Source: Candidatus Sericytochromatia bacterium
GTDB lineage: Bacteria; Cyanobacteriota; Sericytochromatia; UBA7694
Direction: 5' to 3'
NCBI GenBank assembly: GCA_015272195.1
Contig: JACYMC010000148.1
Span: forward strand, 10,159-74,158
DNA: 64,000 bases
Part shown: positions 1 to 8,978 of the stretch, one piece after another
Layout of the letters: every line of letters starts with the position of its first letter
Numbering within the stretch: the first letter of the stretch is position 1
Notes under the pieces: model-generated
Seen by the model: only the letters and a program-made list of their open reading frames with translations
The model's database searches: none
Told to the model about the DNA's origin: nothing
Position numbers and translations under genes: made by a program

Positions 1-186
1 TCATTGCTGCAGCTGGAGGATCTGGCACTTGAAATTGAACTGATGCCTGACCCGGCCATTGAGCCGGGGGGCTGTCGCGTGGTCAGCGCAGCAGGTGAAA
101 TTGACGCAACCCTGCAGACCCAGTTTGAAGCGGTGGCCCGTTCTTTTCTGCAGCTTGCTTCTGAACCGCCGGATCCCCTACAATAA
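1..186 (+). CDS. fliH: C-terminal fragment of a FliH/YscL-family protein (regulator of the type III secretion/flagellar export ATPase). The 5' end lies outside the window.
   Basis: Translation ...DPAIEPGGCRVVSAAGEIDATLQTQFEAV matches the conserved FliH/YscL C-terminal motif (E. coli FliH: DPTLHPGGCKVSADEGDLDASVATRWQEL). The ORF continues off the 5' edge. fliW-csrA lie immediately downstream. Confidence 0.55.
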   Translation, partial: SLLQLEDLALEIELMPDPAIEPGGCRVVSAAGEIDATLQTQFEAVARSFLQLASEPPDPLQ

Positions 187-214
187 AGCCACACTGACGC
201 GAGGATAATGCATC

Positions 215-640
215 ATGACAGCCGCTGAACACCCCCCACAGACGCTCCGGTTTCTGGCGCAGGGTCTGCTGGGATTTGAATCTGTGCTTGACTATGAACT
301 GTCGGCTTACGATCAGGAAACCCCTTTTTACTGGCTGCGCGCCAGCAGCGATCCCGATCTGGCCTTTTTGGTGATGGAGCCCGGTTTATTGCTGGATGAC
401 TATGCCTTTGACCTGTCCGATGAAGACGCGCAGGCTCTGGATATCCAAAGTCCTGAAGAGATTCTGGTACTGGTGATCCTGACCATTCCCGAAGACCCGC
501 TGCAGATGAGCGCCAATTTGCTGGGACCCCTGGTGTTTAACCGCCGCACCCATCTGGGCCGCCAGCTGATTCTGGATGCCCAGCGTTATCCGCTGCGTTT
601 TCCGGTGTTGCCTGCTGAAGACGAGGCCCCGGCATGTTAG
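215..640 (+). CDS. fliW: Flagellar assembly factor FliW
   Basis: 141 aa. LGFESxxxYxL...FYWLRS...LAFLVMEP...SPEEILVLVILTIPED...SANLLGPLVFN aligns along the full length with B. subtilis FliW. The ORF overlaps csrA by 7 nt. Confidence 0.85.
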   Translation: MTAAEHPPQTLRFLAQGLLGFESVLDYELSAYDQETPFYWLRASSDPDLAFLVMEPGLLLDDYAFDLSDEDAQALDIQSPEEILVLVILTIPEDPLQMSANLLGPLVFNRRTHLGRQLILDAQRYPLRFPVLPAEDEAPAC

Positions 641-888
641 TGCTGAGCCGCAAGCTCAACGAAAGCATCATGATCGGCGACAATATCGAGGTCATGGTGC
701 TCGAAATCCGCGATAATTTTGTCAAACTGGGCATCAAAGCGCCCCGCGATGTGAGCGTGCACCGGCTGGAAGTGCACGAAGAAATTCTGCGTGAAAACCA
801 GCGGGCCAGTCAGCAACCGCAGCCTGGCGATCTCAACCGGGCTGCTGAGGCCTTGCGCAAGCGCAAAAAGACCGATGCCGGTTCCTGA
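634..888 (+). CDS. csrA: Carbon storage regulator CsrA (translational repressor, FliW partner)
   Basis: 84 aa. MLVLSRKLNESIMIGDNIEVMVLEIRDNFVKLGIKAPRDVSVHRLEV is the canonical CsrA fold sequence. Gene order fliW-csrA. Confidence 0.9.
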   Translation: MLVLSRKLNESIMIGDNIEVMVLEIRDNFVKLGIKAPRDVSVHRLEVHEEILRENQRASQQPQPGDLNRAAEALRKRKKTDAGS

Positions 889-1648
889 ATTGCCCGCCCT
901 GAAACATGCCCGCAAAATCCTGTCTTTGGTCTTGCTCAGCAGTCTGGGGCTGCAGCTCATGCAGTCCAGCGTCAAAGCGGCGCCGGCCAGCACCATTTAT
1001 CGTCAGCCGGTGCTGGCCATGGTGCCTGTACACAGCGAAAGCGGACCTGAAGCGCTCTGCAATACGGCACTTTATCAGCAGATACTGCGCAGCCAGACGT
1101 ATCAGCTCTTGCCGCAATGGTATGTTGAGGAGCGCTTGCCGCAGGCCATTCAGCCCGACCCCCTGGCATGGGAGCAGGTCTTCAGTTATCTGCCTGAAGC
1201 TGAACTGGCGCTGTTTTCTCATTTGCAGTCTGACCAGGGTCTGGAACTCGTATCCGTACTGGTCAGCCGCAGTGCGCAGGGGCCTCCCCAGATTCTTAAA
1301 GCACGGGTTCAGCCTGTCAGTCGCAGCAACCTGGCCAGCGGCTGTGAAAACATGGCCCGCCAGCTGCTCAATCTCGAGACGGAGACCCGCTTTCGCAGCC
1401 CGGCGCTCTCGGCCAGCCTCTCCCTGCTGATTCCTGGCGCGGGGCATTTTTATCAGGGCACGCTGGAAGGCACCCTGCTGGGCATTTTTTTTCTGGGGGC
1501 CTCTCTGACCTTTGCCTGGCTGGGTTTTGGTCAGGCGCAGCAAACGCCTTTAAGCAACTCACAATGGGGGGGACTGCTCTTGCTGGTCAGTCTGACGGAC
1601 ATTTTGAGTGCCTATTTTATGGCCGCCCAGGAACCCCAGCGCCCGTGA
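875..1648 (+). CDS. Hypothetical secreted/membrane protein: N-terminal signal-like segment and two C-terminal TM helices
   Basis: The ORF runs 791..1648. The most plausible start is ATG 875 (MPVPELPALKHARKILSLVLLSSLGLQLMQSSVKA), overlapping the csrA stop. Hydrophobic segments GTLLGIFFLGASLTFAWLGF and GGLLLLVSLTDILSAYFMA sit near the C-terminus. No recognisable family. Confidence 0.5.
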   Translation: MPVPELPALKHARKILSLVLLSSLGLQLMQSSVKAAPASTIYRQPVLAMVPVHSESGPEALCNTALYQQILRSQTYQLLPQWYVEERLPQAIQPDPLAWEQVFSYLPEAELALFSHLQSDQGLELVSVLVSRSAQGPPQILKARVQPVSRSNLASGCENMARQLLNLETETRFRSPALSASLSLLIPGAGHFYQGTLEGTLLGIFFLGASLTFAWLGFGQAQQTPLSNSQWGGLLLLVSLTDILSAYFMAAQEPQRP

Positions 1649-1824
1649 CGGCAAGCCTCAGAACAGGACTGGTGTTTTTAGCGCTGACGTGTGTCTTGCT
1701 GACTTTAAATGCCTGTGCCGCTGCTACCGCACTTTACCTGATTCAGCGCCCGGAGCCGGTCACAGACAACAGTCCATCACTGGCTGAATCCCCGGCACCG
1801 GCGTCTCTGTTGCGTCGCAATTAA
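1645..1824 (+). CDS. Possible small lipoprotein (59 aa) with a GTG start overlapping the upstream stop (GTGA)
   Basis: VTASLRTGLVFLALTCVLLTLNAC... has a signal peptide and a lipobox-like LNAC. Its 3' end overlaps the topA stop convergently. It is short and could be spurious. Confidence 0.3.
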   Translation: MTASLRTGLVFLALTCVLLTLNACAAATALYLIQRPEPVTDNSPSLAESPAPASLLRRN

Positions 1825-4406
1825 GGCGCTGTATCGTCTTTTTTGGCTTTACTGGCGCGCGTGCCGGTTGTTTTTGCGCTTTTGGTCTTGCTGGCTGTGC
1901 TGCCTGCTTTGCTGGTTTTTTTGGCCGTGCTCTGTTTTTTAGTGGTGCTTTTGGCTGTGGTTTTACTGGCGCTTTTAGCGGTACTTTTACTTGTGCTTTT
2001 GGCAGCAGTTTTGCCTGTGCTTTTAGCAGCGGCTTTGGCCGTTGTCTTGGCCGTGCTTTTGGCAGCGGTTTTGGTCCCGCGCTTTTTGTCAGGTGCCTGC
2101 TCAATCAGGGTCATGACGGTTTCAAAGCTCAGATCCATGGGGTCTGTATCTTTGGGAACCTTGACATTCTTTTTGCCAAATTTAATATAGGGGCCCCAGC
2201 GTCCTTTTAAAATCTGCACTTCGGGGTTTTCGTCAAAGCTGCGGATAAATTTTTCGGCATCGGCTTTACGCTTGGCTTCAATCAGCTCAATGGCCCGTTC
2301 CAGGCTCAGCTGCAGGGGGTCTTCCTCTTTGGGAATGGAGGTAAACTTGCCTTCATGGCGTACATAAGGTCCAAAGGGCCCTTTGCTAATCACCACTTCC
2401 TGGCCTTCGTATTCACCCAGCGTGCGGGGCAGCTTAAACAACTCCAGAGCCTGTTCCAGGGTGATGGTATCAATAAACTGATCTTTGTTGAGCGGTGCAA
2501 AGCGGGGCTTTTCTTCGTCGTCGGCACTGCCAATCTGAACAATCGGGCCAAAGCGTCCCAGACGGGCCACCACTTTTTTGCCTGAAGCCGGATCCTGTCC
2601 CAGTTCGCGGCTGCCGGCCACCTCGGCCCGATCCACATCTTTGGTTTTTTCGACCTTGGGATGAAAGTCATGAAAATAAAAGTCTGCAATCATCTCGTTC
2701 CAGGCTTTTTTGCCCTGTGAGATGCTGTCAAACTCCTCTTCGACCTGGGCGGTAAAATGGTAGTCCACCACATTGGCAAAGTATTCGACCAGAAAATCGG
2801 TCACAATCTTGGCCAGGCTGGTGGGAAAGAGCTTGCCCTTTTCTGTGCCATAGATCTCGGTTTTTTGTTCCTGGCTGATCTGCTGGTTCTCGAGCTTCAG
2901 CTCCCAGTACTGGCGGGGTTTGCCGTCGCGGCTCTCTTTTTCGACATAGCCGCGCTTCTGAATGGTCGAGATGGTCGGGGCATAGGTCGAAGGGCGGCCA
3001 ATGCCCAGCTCTTCCATGTGCTTCACCAGACTGGCCTCTGTATAGCGGGCGGGGGGCTTGCTGAAGGTCTCGCGGGCGGTCATATACATCAGGGGCAGCT
3101 GCTGGCCCACGTTCAGGGGCGGCAGCATTTTGGCCTCTTCGCGATCGTCATCGTCATGGCCTTCAAGATAGACCTTTAAGAAGCCATCAAAGCGAATCAC
3201 TTCACCTGTGGCTGTCAGGGTCTCATCCATGCCTGAAATGGCAATGGTAGCCGTGGTTTTTTCGATGCGGGCCTCGCTCATCTGAGAGGCGACGGCACGC
3301 TTCCAGATTAGCTCATAAAGGGCCTGTTCGCCACTGTCACTGCCGGCCTGCGACACAGCAAAATCGGTGGGGCGGATGGCTTCGTGGGCTTCCTGAGCAG
3401 ATTCAGATTTGGTTTTAAAGCGCCGGGGCTCGAGATAAGCTTCGCCATAATTGCCACGAATCACCTGGGCTGCACTCTGTAAGGCATCTTCAGATAAATT
3501 CAGCGAGTCGGTACGCATATAGGTGATTTTACCGGCTTCGTACAGGCGCTGGGCCAGGGTCATGGTGCGGGCCACCGAAAAACCCAGCTTGCGGCTGGCT
3601 TCCTGCTGCAGGGTCGAGGTGGTAAAGGGGGCTGAGGGCTTGCGGCGACCTTCTTTGACCTGTAGTCTGGCCACCGAAAAATGGGCTTGCAGGCAGGCGT
3701 TTAAAAAGGCCTGGGCTTCTTCGCGCCGGGCATAACGTTTGGGCAGCTCGGCCTTGAGCTGCTTGCCGGCCTCTACTTCCAGCAGGGCCTGCACCCGAAA
3801 GCTGGATTCAGCCTGAAAACGCTCGATTTCGCGCTCGCGCTCAACCACCATGCGCACGGCCACCGACTGTACCCGGCCAGCCGACAGGCCAGCCTTGATT
3901 TTTTTCCAGAGCAGGGGTGAGAGTTCAAAGCCCACCAGACGGTCCAGAATGCGGCGGGCCTGCTGGGCATTGACCAGATTCTGATCGATCTGGCGCGGGT
4001 TTTCAATGGCCTGGGTAATGGCATTTTTGGTGATCTCGCGAAAGACAATCCGGCGAGTGTCTTCGGTTTTGAGTTTCAGCGACTCCTGCAAATGCCAGGA
4101 GATGGCCTCACCCTCGCGATCGTCGTCTGACGCCAGGTAGACCAGGCTGGCATCTTTGGCCAGGCGCTTCAGCTCTTTGATGACTTCTTTTTTGTCCTGA
4201 GAGACTTCGTAGGTGGGTTTAAAGCCGTTTTCGATATCAATGGCGTTGTTTTTTTTAGGCAAATCACGGATATGGCCGTAACAGGAGACCACTTTATAAT
4301 CGCTGCCGAGATAACCTTCAATGGTTTTGGCTTTGGCTGGCGATTCCACGATCACCAGTTTGCTGGCAGTGCCAATTGTTTCTTTTGCGCGCGTTTTCGC
4401 AGCCAT
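1821..4406 (-). CDS. topA: DNA topoisomerase I with a C-terminal Lys/Ser/Thr/Ala-rich basic repeat tail
   Basis: 861 aa. N-terminus KLVIVESPAKAKTIEGYLGSDYKVVSCYGHIRDLP (TOPRIM). Core type IA topoisomerase motifs are present. The last ~85 aa are KSTAKTTAKAAAKSTGKTAAKSTSK... repeats. Confidence 0.92.
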   Translation of the reverse strand: MAAKTRAKETIGTASKLVIVESPAKAKTIEGYLGSDYKVVSCYGHIRDLPKKNNAIDIENGFKPTYEVSQDKKEVIKELKRLAKDASLVYLASDDDREGEAISWHLQESLKLKTEDTRRIVFREITKNAITQAIENPRQIDQNLVNAQQARRILDRLVGFELSPLLWKKIKAGLSAGRVQSVAVRMVVEREREIERFQAESSFRVQALLEVEAGKQLKAELPKRYARREEAQAFLNACLQAHFSVARLQVKEGRRKPSAPFTTSTLQQEASRKLGFSVARTMTLAQRLYEAGKITYMRTDSLNLSEDALQSAAQVIRGNYGEAYLEPRRFKTKSESAQEAHEAIRPTDFAVSQAGSDSGEQALYELIWKRAVASQMSEARIEKTTATIAISGMDETLTATGEVIRFDGFLKVYLEGHDDDDREEAKMLPPLNVGQQLPLMYMTARETFSKPPARYTEASLVKHMEELGIGRPSTYAPTISTIQKRGYVEKESRDGKPRQYWELKLENQQISQEQKTEIYGTEKGKLFPTSLAKIVTDFLVEYFANVVDYHFTAQVEEEFDSISQGKKAWNEMIADFYFHDFHPKVEKTKDVDRAEVAGSRELGQDPASGKKVVARLGRFGPIVQIGSADDEEKPRFAPLNKDQFIDTITLEQALELFKLPRTLGEYEGQEVVISKGPFGPYVRHEGKFTSIPKEEDPLQLSLERAIELIEAKRKADAEKFIRSFDENPEVQILKGRWGPYIKFGKKNVKVPKDTDPMDLSFETVMTLIEQAPDKKRGTKTAAKSTAKTTAKAAAKSTGKTAAKSTSKSTAKSASKTTAKSTTKKQSTAKKTSKAGSTASKTKSAKTTGTRASKAKKDDTAP
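1824..2080. repeat. Imperfect tandem nucleotide repeats encoding the KST/AK-rich basic tail of TopA
   Basis: Repeated gctgtgct/ttttggc/cttttggc units are visible in the sequence. Alternative frames give Leu/Ala-rich and Pro/Lys-rich pseudo-ORFs (1843..2190 +, 1760..2104 -). Confidence 0.6.
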
Positions 4407-4427
4407 GCTTTGTGTCCTTGCTGTGAT

Positions 4428-5540
4428 TTAGAGACGAAATGTTTTTTTATAGCGCTTACCCGGCAACTGTTCCACGATCCCCTTCATTTCCAGTACGGTA
4501 AGCAAGCCGAGAATTGCCTGTGGACTCAGAGCGCTCTGAGCGGCCAATGCATCCACGTGCATTGGATGTTCACCCAGTAATACATAAACGCGTGCTTCGT
4601 CATTTGTCAAGTCATTGGGCTCAAAATCATGGTTTTTTTTCTCGCTTTGCACCACCCAGCCCATGGCTTCCAAAACCTCGTCAGGATGGCGCAAAAGCTG
4701 CGCACCCTGCTGGATCAGCGCGTTGGTTCCCTGGCTTTGCGGGGCGTCAATGGCACCGGGCACGGCAAAAACTTCCCGTCCCTGCTCATGGGCTGCATCC
4801 ACGGTGATCAGGGTGCCACTTTTGAGGCCTGCCTCCACCACAATCACACCCCGTGACAGTCCGCTGACAATGCGATTGCGCATCGGAAAGGTCCAGTTGC
4901 GTGGTGGGTGATCCGGGGGCAGCTCAGACAGCACCAGTCCCTCACGGCAGAGACGCTGATAGAGCGACCAGTGACTGGGGGGCGAAGGGTTATCAAGACC
5001 GGAGCCCAGGACAGCCACGGTCATGCCCCCCGCTTTCAGTGCGCCCTGGTGGGCCAGGGCGTCAATACCGAGAGCCATGCCGCTGATAATACACACGCCT
5101 GCGCTGGCCAGGGCCTCCGCAAACTGCAGTGCCACCCGCTGGCCATAAACACTGGGAGAGCGGGTGCCCACCATGGCCACACTGCGGCTCAGCGCAGACC
5201 AGCGCTCAGCCTGCCCGCGCCAGTACAGCAGCAGCGGCGGGTCATAAATTTCAGCCAGCCAGGCCGGATAGTCAGCATCGCCCAAAAAACAGAGCTGTAT
5301 CTCACGCGCCAGAACGCTTTGGTAGAGGACTTCGGGGTCGTGCTGGCGGCGAAAAGCCTTAAATTTTTCGACCAGGCTGGCCGAAAAACGCGGCAGGGCC
5401 TGTAGCTGGTCAGCCGAAGCCCGCCAGGCGGCTTCAGCTGAGCCCAGGCTCTCCAGCAGAATGCGGCCGCGCAAGGGGCCAATCTGCGGAAAATGATTCA
5501 GCGCCAGCCGATAAATTTTTTCGGTTTCAGAAAGTGACAT
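4428..5540 (-). CDS. dprA: DNA processing protein DprA (Smf)
   Basis: 370 aa. Rossmann-like core VAMVGTRSPSVYG...ISGMALGIDALAHQGAL...VAVLGSGLD...GVIVVEAGLKSGTLITVDAA. Conserved smf-topA synteny, with a 21-nt gap to topA. Confidence 0.88.
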   Translation of the reverse strand: MSLSETEKIYRLALNHFPQIGPLRGRILLESLGSAEAAWRASADQLQALPRFSASLVEKFKAFRRQHDPEVLYQSVLAREIQLCFLGDADYPAWLAEIYDPPLLLYWRGQAERWSALSRSVAMVGTRSPSVYGQRVALQFAEALASAGVCIISGMALGIDALAHQGALKAGGMTVAVLGSGLDNPSPPSHWSLYQRLCREGLVLSELPPDHPPRNWTFPMRNRIVSGLSRGVIVVEAGLKSGTLITVDAAHEQGREVFAVPGAIDAPQSQGTNALIQQGAQLLRHPDEVLEAMGWVVQSEKKNHDFEPNDLTNDEARVYVLLGEHPMHVDALAAQSALSPQAILGLLTVLEMKGIVEQLPGKRYKKTFRL

Positions 5541-5545
5541 GCCCC

Positions 5546-6649
5546 TTAACGCTGGGGATAAAGCGTGCGCCCGGCCTGAAAGGGACGCAAGTCGGGACGG
5601 CCACCGGGAAACTTATCCCAGACATCTGTCTGATCAATTTTGGTGTAGTCCGGCATCAGGGTCAGCAGCGTTCCGCGATCGTTCACGGCTTTAACGTAGC
5701 CGGCCCGCAGGTGGCGCTTGTATTCTTCCATAAAAAAGTCAAAGGGGTCGCTGGGCTCCATATCCACCATCTGCATTTCGGCTTCGCGGTGCAGTTCATT
5801 CATCATCAGCACATTGCCCCCAAAGACGTACATAAAATTTTGGCTGGAGCGCTCGGGCAGGACGCGCTGAGGAATGCGCTCGGGGCTATCAAAGAACAGG
5901 CGCATAAAGCCCTGCTGTACGTCTACAGCCACGACATGTCCCTGCACCTGGGGCGGCGGGAAGAGTTTGGCCAGATCCAGAATCACCACATTGCCCTGAA
6001 AGGTCAGGCCCCGTTCGGGGGTCATGCTGATCAGTTTGCCCGTGGTCAGCCCCAGCAGATCCATAATACTTTTGACCTGAATGCCGGCAGCTTTGATGGA
6101 GTCAGGCACCAGCTGCAGCTTGCCGTCAGCGGTGGGCATCATGGTACCTTCCATGGTGAAGGGCACCCAGAAGACCTGTTTCATTTTGCCGCTCATGCGC
6201 AGCTTGCCGGGCAAAAAATCAACCTGTACATCTTTGATCGGGCTGTCGGGGAAGTTAAAGGTGTATTTGTTTTTGAGCCGGGTGATGTTGGCGCTGTCGA
6301 CAATCAGCTCACCGCGCGCAACGTGGGTTACAAAAGAGCGGGGATCATCAAAAATCAGGGGGTCTCCGGCCCGCTTGGGCTCCAGGCGGCCTTCGAGGTA
6401 TTTGACGGTGGCGCCGATTTCCGGATCGACGCGTAAAAAGACGTTCTGAAGCACGGTATAGGTGGTGGTGCGGGGCATGTCGGGCTGATAGCCGTGGGTG
6501 TCCGGGTCGGGTTGATAGATATTGTCCTGGGTGGGATCGTAAGGCGGCAGATTGGGGTACAGGGGATTGTTGGCGCCCCTGCCGCCACAGGCGGTGAGCA
6601 AAAACAGGCAAATCAGCAGCAGTACTGCAGATTTAACGCGCTGTGACAT
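5546..6649 (-). CDS. Hypothetical lipoprotein
   Basis: Start at MSQRVKSAVLLLICLFLLTACGG (lipobox LTAC), preceded by GGGAGAG 6 nt upstream. No recognisable family. It is the first gene of the lipoprotein-dprA-topA minus-strand unit. Confidence 0.6.
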   Translation of the reverse strand: MSQRVKSAVLLLICLFLLTACGGRGANNPLYPNLPPYDPTQDNIYQPDPDTHGYQPDMPRTTTYTVLQNVFLRVDPEIGATVKYLEGRLEPKRAGDPLIFDDPRSFVTHVARGELIVDSANITRLKNKYTFNFPDSPIKDVQVDFLPGKLRMSGKMKQVFWVPFTMEGTMMPTADGKLQLVPDSIKAAGIQVKSIMDLLGLTTGKLISMTPERGLTFQGNVVILDLAKLFPPPQVQGHVVAVDVQQGFMRLFFDSPERIPQRVLPERSSQNFMYVFGGNVLMMNELHREAEMQMVDMEPSDPFDFFMEEYKRHLRAGYVKAVNDRGTLLTLMPDYTKIDQTDVWDKFPGGRPDLRPFQAGRTLYPQR

Positions 6650-6815
6650 GGTTTGCTCTCCCTCTGAATTGATCTGTATTGCTGTCATTATCGGCCTTTC
6701 TTACATAAACTTTCGTGCTTTCTTAATATAAATTTAATTATTCAGAATCCGCTGTCTGCCTGTCCTGCCTAAGCCCCTGTGCAGCCGGCTTTAAAAGCCG
6801 TTACACTGTCGCAGG

Positions 6816-8978
6816 ATGTCAGATTTTCAACTTACTTCAGAACAACAGCGGGTGATGAGCCATGTGCAGGGACCGGCCCTGGTCTTTGCGGTGGCCGGTG
6901 CCGGCAAAACCACGGCCATGGTCCATCGCATTGCCCATCTGGTGCAGCAGGGCCACTTTGCTGCATCGCGTATTCTGGCCACCTCTTTCTCACGGGCCAC
7001 GGTCAGCGATTTGCAGCGGGCGCTGCAGGCCTGGCCGGCCTGTGATGCGGTGCATGTGATGACCTTGCATGCAGTAGGACGTCAGGTGCTGCAGCGGGCT
7101 GAGGCGCTGGGGCTGCGGCAGGGCTGGCGCTTTGGCGCCGAAAACGCCGGTACCGAAAACCGCCTGCTGAAGCAGGTGCTGGGGCAGGCCAGACAGGCGG
7201 GTATCCAGGTGCCCAACCCGTTTGACGAGCAGGATTTTTTAACCTATATCAGCATCTGTAAGGGCAATTTCCAGTACCCGGCACTTCCGGCCCATTTGCC
7301 CGCAGACGTGCAGGACCAGGTGTGTCTGGCCACAGCCCCCGAGAGTCTGCCCGATTACCTGGCATTGTACGCACTGTTTGAAACCCAGCGACAGGCACAA
7401 AAGCTGCTCACTTTTGACGATATGCTGCTGTCTGCCTGGGAGGACCTGTGCTGTCATGAGACTCTGCGCAGTGTGTTCCAGCAACGCTGGGATTGTCTGC
7501 TGGTCGATGAGTTTCAGGATGTGAATGCTGTACAATATGCCCTGCTGGATATTCTCAGTGCGCAGCACCGTAATTATATGGCCATTGGGGATGATGATCA
7601 GACCATTTACGAATGGCGGGGGGCCAGCCCGCGCTTTATTCTGGGCTTTCCGCAGCAGTATGGCGCCGTGAAGTACGTGCTGCACGAAAACTTTCGCTCG
7701 CGTGCGGCCCCCCTCGCTCTGGCCAACCGGGTGATCGCTCACAACCAGCAGCGTGAACCCAAGTTCCTGAGGCTGACACGGGGCTTTGACGGCCAGACCA
7801 GGGTTTATCATCCCCGCGACGAGCAGGCCCAGGCCCAGCAGATTGTCAGCCATATCATGCAGGCCTGTCAGCAGGGCTACCACTTTGAGGATCAGGCGAT
7901 TCTGGTGCGTCTCTATGCCCAGACCCCCCATCTGGAGCAGGCCCTGATTCAGGCGCGTATTCCGTACCAGATTGTGGGGGCGCGTCCCTTTTATCAGCGG
8001 CGCGAAATCATGACCCTGCGCGCCTATCTCTACCTGCTGCACTGCGAAAACCTGCAGTCCCAGAACTATGTCCTGACCGGCAGCCAGCTGAGCCGTCTGC
8101 TGCAAGCCTGGCAACTCTGTGCCAACCGTCCCCAGCGCTACCTGAATCGTCTGCAGATTCAGGGCATTGCCCAGCAGCTGCAGGCTGGTATGCTGCTGAG
8201 CGAGGTGTTGCGGCAGGCCGCCGCGCAGACCGATGTGGTTTATCAGCGCAAACATCTCGAAAAGCTGGCTGAGGCCTTGACTGCACTGCAGTCACGCTTA
8301 CAGGAGCTGTCTGCTGCAGAAGTGCTGGAGGCCCTGGATGAGCGCATTCAGTACCGGCGCTTTTTGCGCCGGCACAGTGGGCTTGCCGAAACAGGTGAGG
8401 CACGTGCACAGAGTGTCAGCGCTTTTCTGGCGTATGCCCAGCAGCTGGGTTCAGCCGAATCGCTCGATGCCCGGCTGACACAACTGGCGGATCATGCGCT
8501 ACAGGCACATGGCGGGGTCGTGATCACCAGTATTTTCCGTGCCAAAGGCCTGGAATGGCCTCTGGTCTATCTGCCCCACTGCAATCTGGGCTATCTGCCT
8601 GCTCAGGAGGGTCGCCCGCTGGAAGAAGAGCGCCGCTTATTTTATGTGGGACTGACCCGCCCGCGTGAAAACCTTTACCTGTATTCTCTGCGCAGCTTGC
8701 CCGCCTCTCCCTTCTTGGCAGAGGCGGCCTATGAGCAAACCCTGAGCCAGGTGCAGCGCCTGCAGCAAATTCTGACCCGGCCCGTGCAGCACTGGCAGCG
8801 CAGCGACCTGCTGCTGCTGGCACAGAGCCAGACCGATCTGGCGCTCAGCAACTATCTGCGCGACTGGTGGCAGGTTCCCACCGGGTTGCGCCAGAAGGTG
8901 ATAGAAGATTTGTCCCGTCTCAGGCGTGATGCTGATCCGCTGGCTTTGCCTGCAGTCTGTCAGGCAGGCGGATCCTGA
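6816..8978 (+). CDS. UvrD/PcrA/Rep-family ATP-dependent DNA helicase with a ~200-aa C-terminal extension
   Basis: 720 aa. LTSEQQRVMSHVQGPALVFAVAGAGKTT (Walker A), LLVDEFQDVN (motif II), ENFRS (motif IV), VGLTRPRENLYL near the C-terminus. Confidence 0.85.
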   Translation: MSDFQLTSEQQRVMSHVQGPALVFAVAGAGKTTAMVHRIAHLVQQGHFAASRILATSFSRATVSDLQRALQAWPACDAVHVMTLHAVGRQVLQRAEALGLRQGWRFGAENAGTENRLLKQVLGQARQAGIQVPNPFDEQDFLTYISICKGNFQYPALPAHLPADVQDQVCLATAPESLPDYLALYALFETQRQAQKLLTFDDMLLSAWEDLCCHETLRSVFQQRWDCLLVDEFQDVNAVQYALLDILSAQHRNYMAIGDDDQTIYEWRGASPRFILGFPQQYGAVKYVLHENFRSRAAPLALANRVIAHNQQREPKFLRLTRGFDGQTRVYHPRDEQAQAQQIVSHIMQACQQGYHFEDQAILVRLYAQTPHLEQALIQARIPYQIVGARPFYQRREIMTLRAYLYLLHCENLQSQNYVLTGSQLSRLLQAWQLCANRPQRYLNRLQIQGIAQQLQAGMLLSEVLRQAAAQTDVVYQRKHLEKLAEALTALQSRLQELSAAEVLEALDERIQYRRFLRRHSGLAETGEARAQSVSAFLAYAQQLGSAESLDARLTQLADHALQAHGGVVITSIFRAKGLEWPLVYLPHCNLGYLPAQEGRPLEEERRLFYVGLTRPRENLYLYSLRSLPASPFLAEAAYEQTLSQVQRLQQILTRPVQHWQRSDLLLLAQSQTDLALSNYLRDWWQVPTGLRQKVIEDLSRLRRDADPLALPAVCQAGGS

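Noticed and set aside
833-1543. 236-aa minus-strand ORF and 174-aa plus-strand ORF (906..1430) overlapping the 875..1648 gene
   Set aside because: Arg/Gln/Gly-rich translations typical of antisense or out-of-frame GC-rich DNA, with no motifs. The plus-frame membrane-protein ORF explains the region better.
1843-2190. 115-aa Leu/Ala/Val-rich ORF (+) and 114-aa Pro/Lys-rich ORF (1760..2104, -) over the topA 3' end
   Set aside because: Both are alternative-frame readings of the tandem repeat that encodes the TopA KST tail. Low-complexity artefacts.
5534-6436. 300-aa plus-strand ORF opposite the lipoprotein gene
   Set aside because: Gly/His/Ala-rich nonsense-like translation. It lies entirely inside a well-supported minus-strand lipoprotein CDS.
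7239-8255. 338-aa minus-strand ORF inside the UvrD-like helicase gene
   Set aside because: Antisense ORF of a GC-rich helicase gene. No motifs, Leu/Gln/Gly-biased.
6816-8978. UvrD-like helicase as part of a Gabija-type defence pair
   Set aside because: No OLD-family ATPase/TOPRIM (GajA-like) or other defence partner is adjacent. The neighbours are a housekeeping lipoprotein-dprA-topA unit and kinases. Probably a housekeeping repair helicase.
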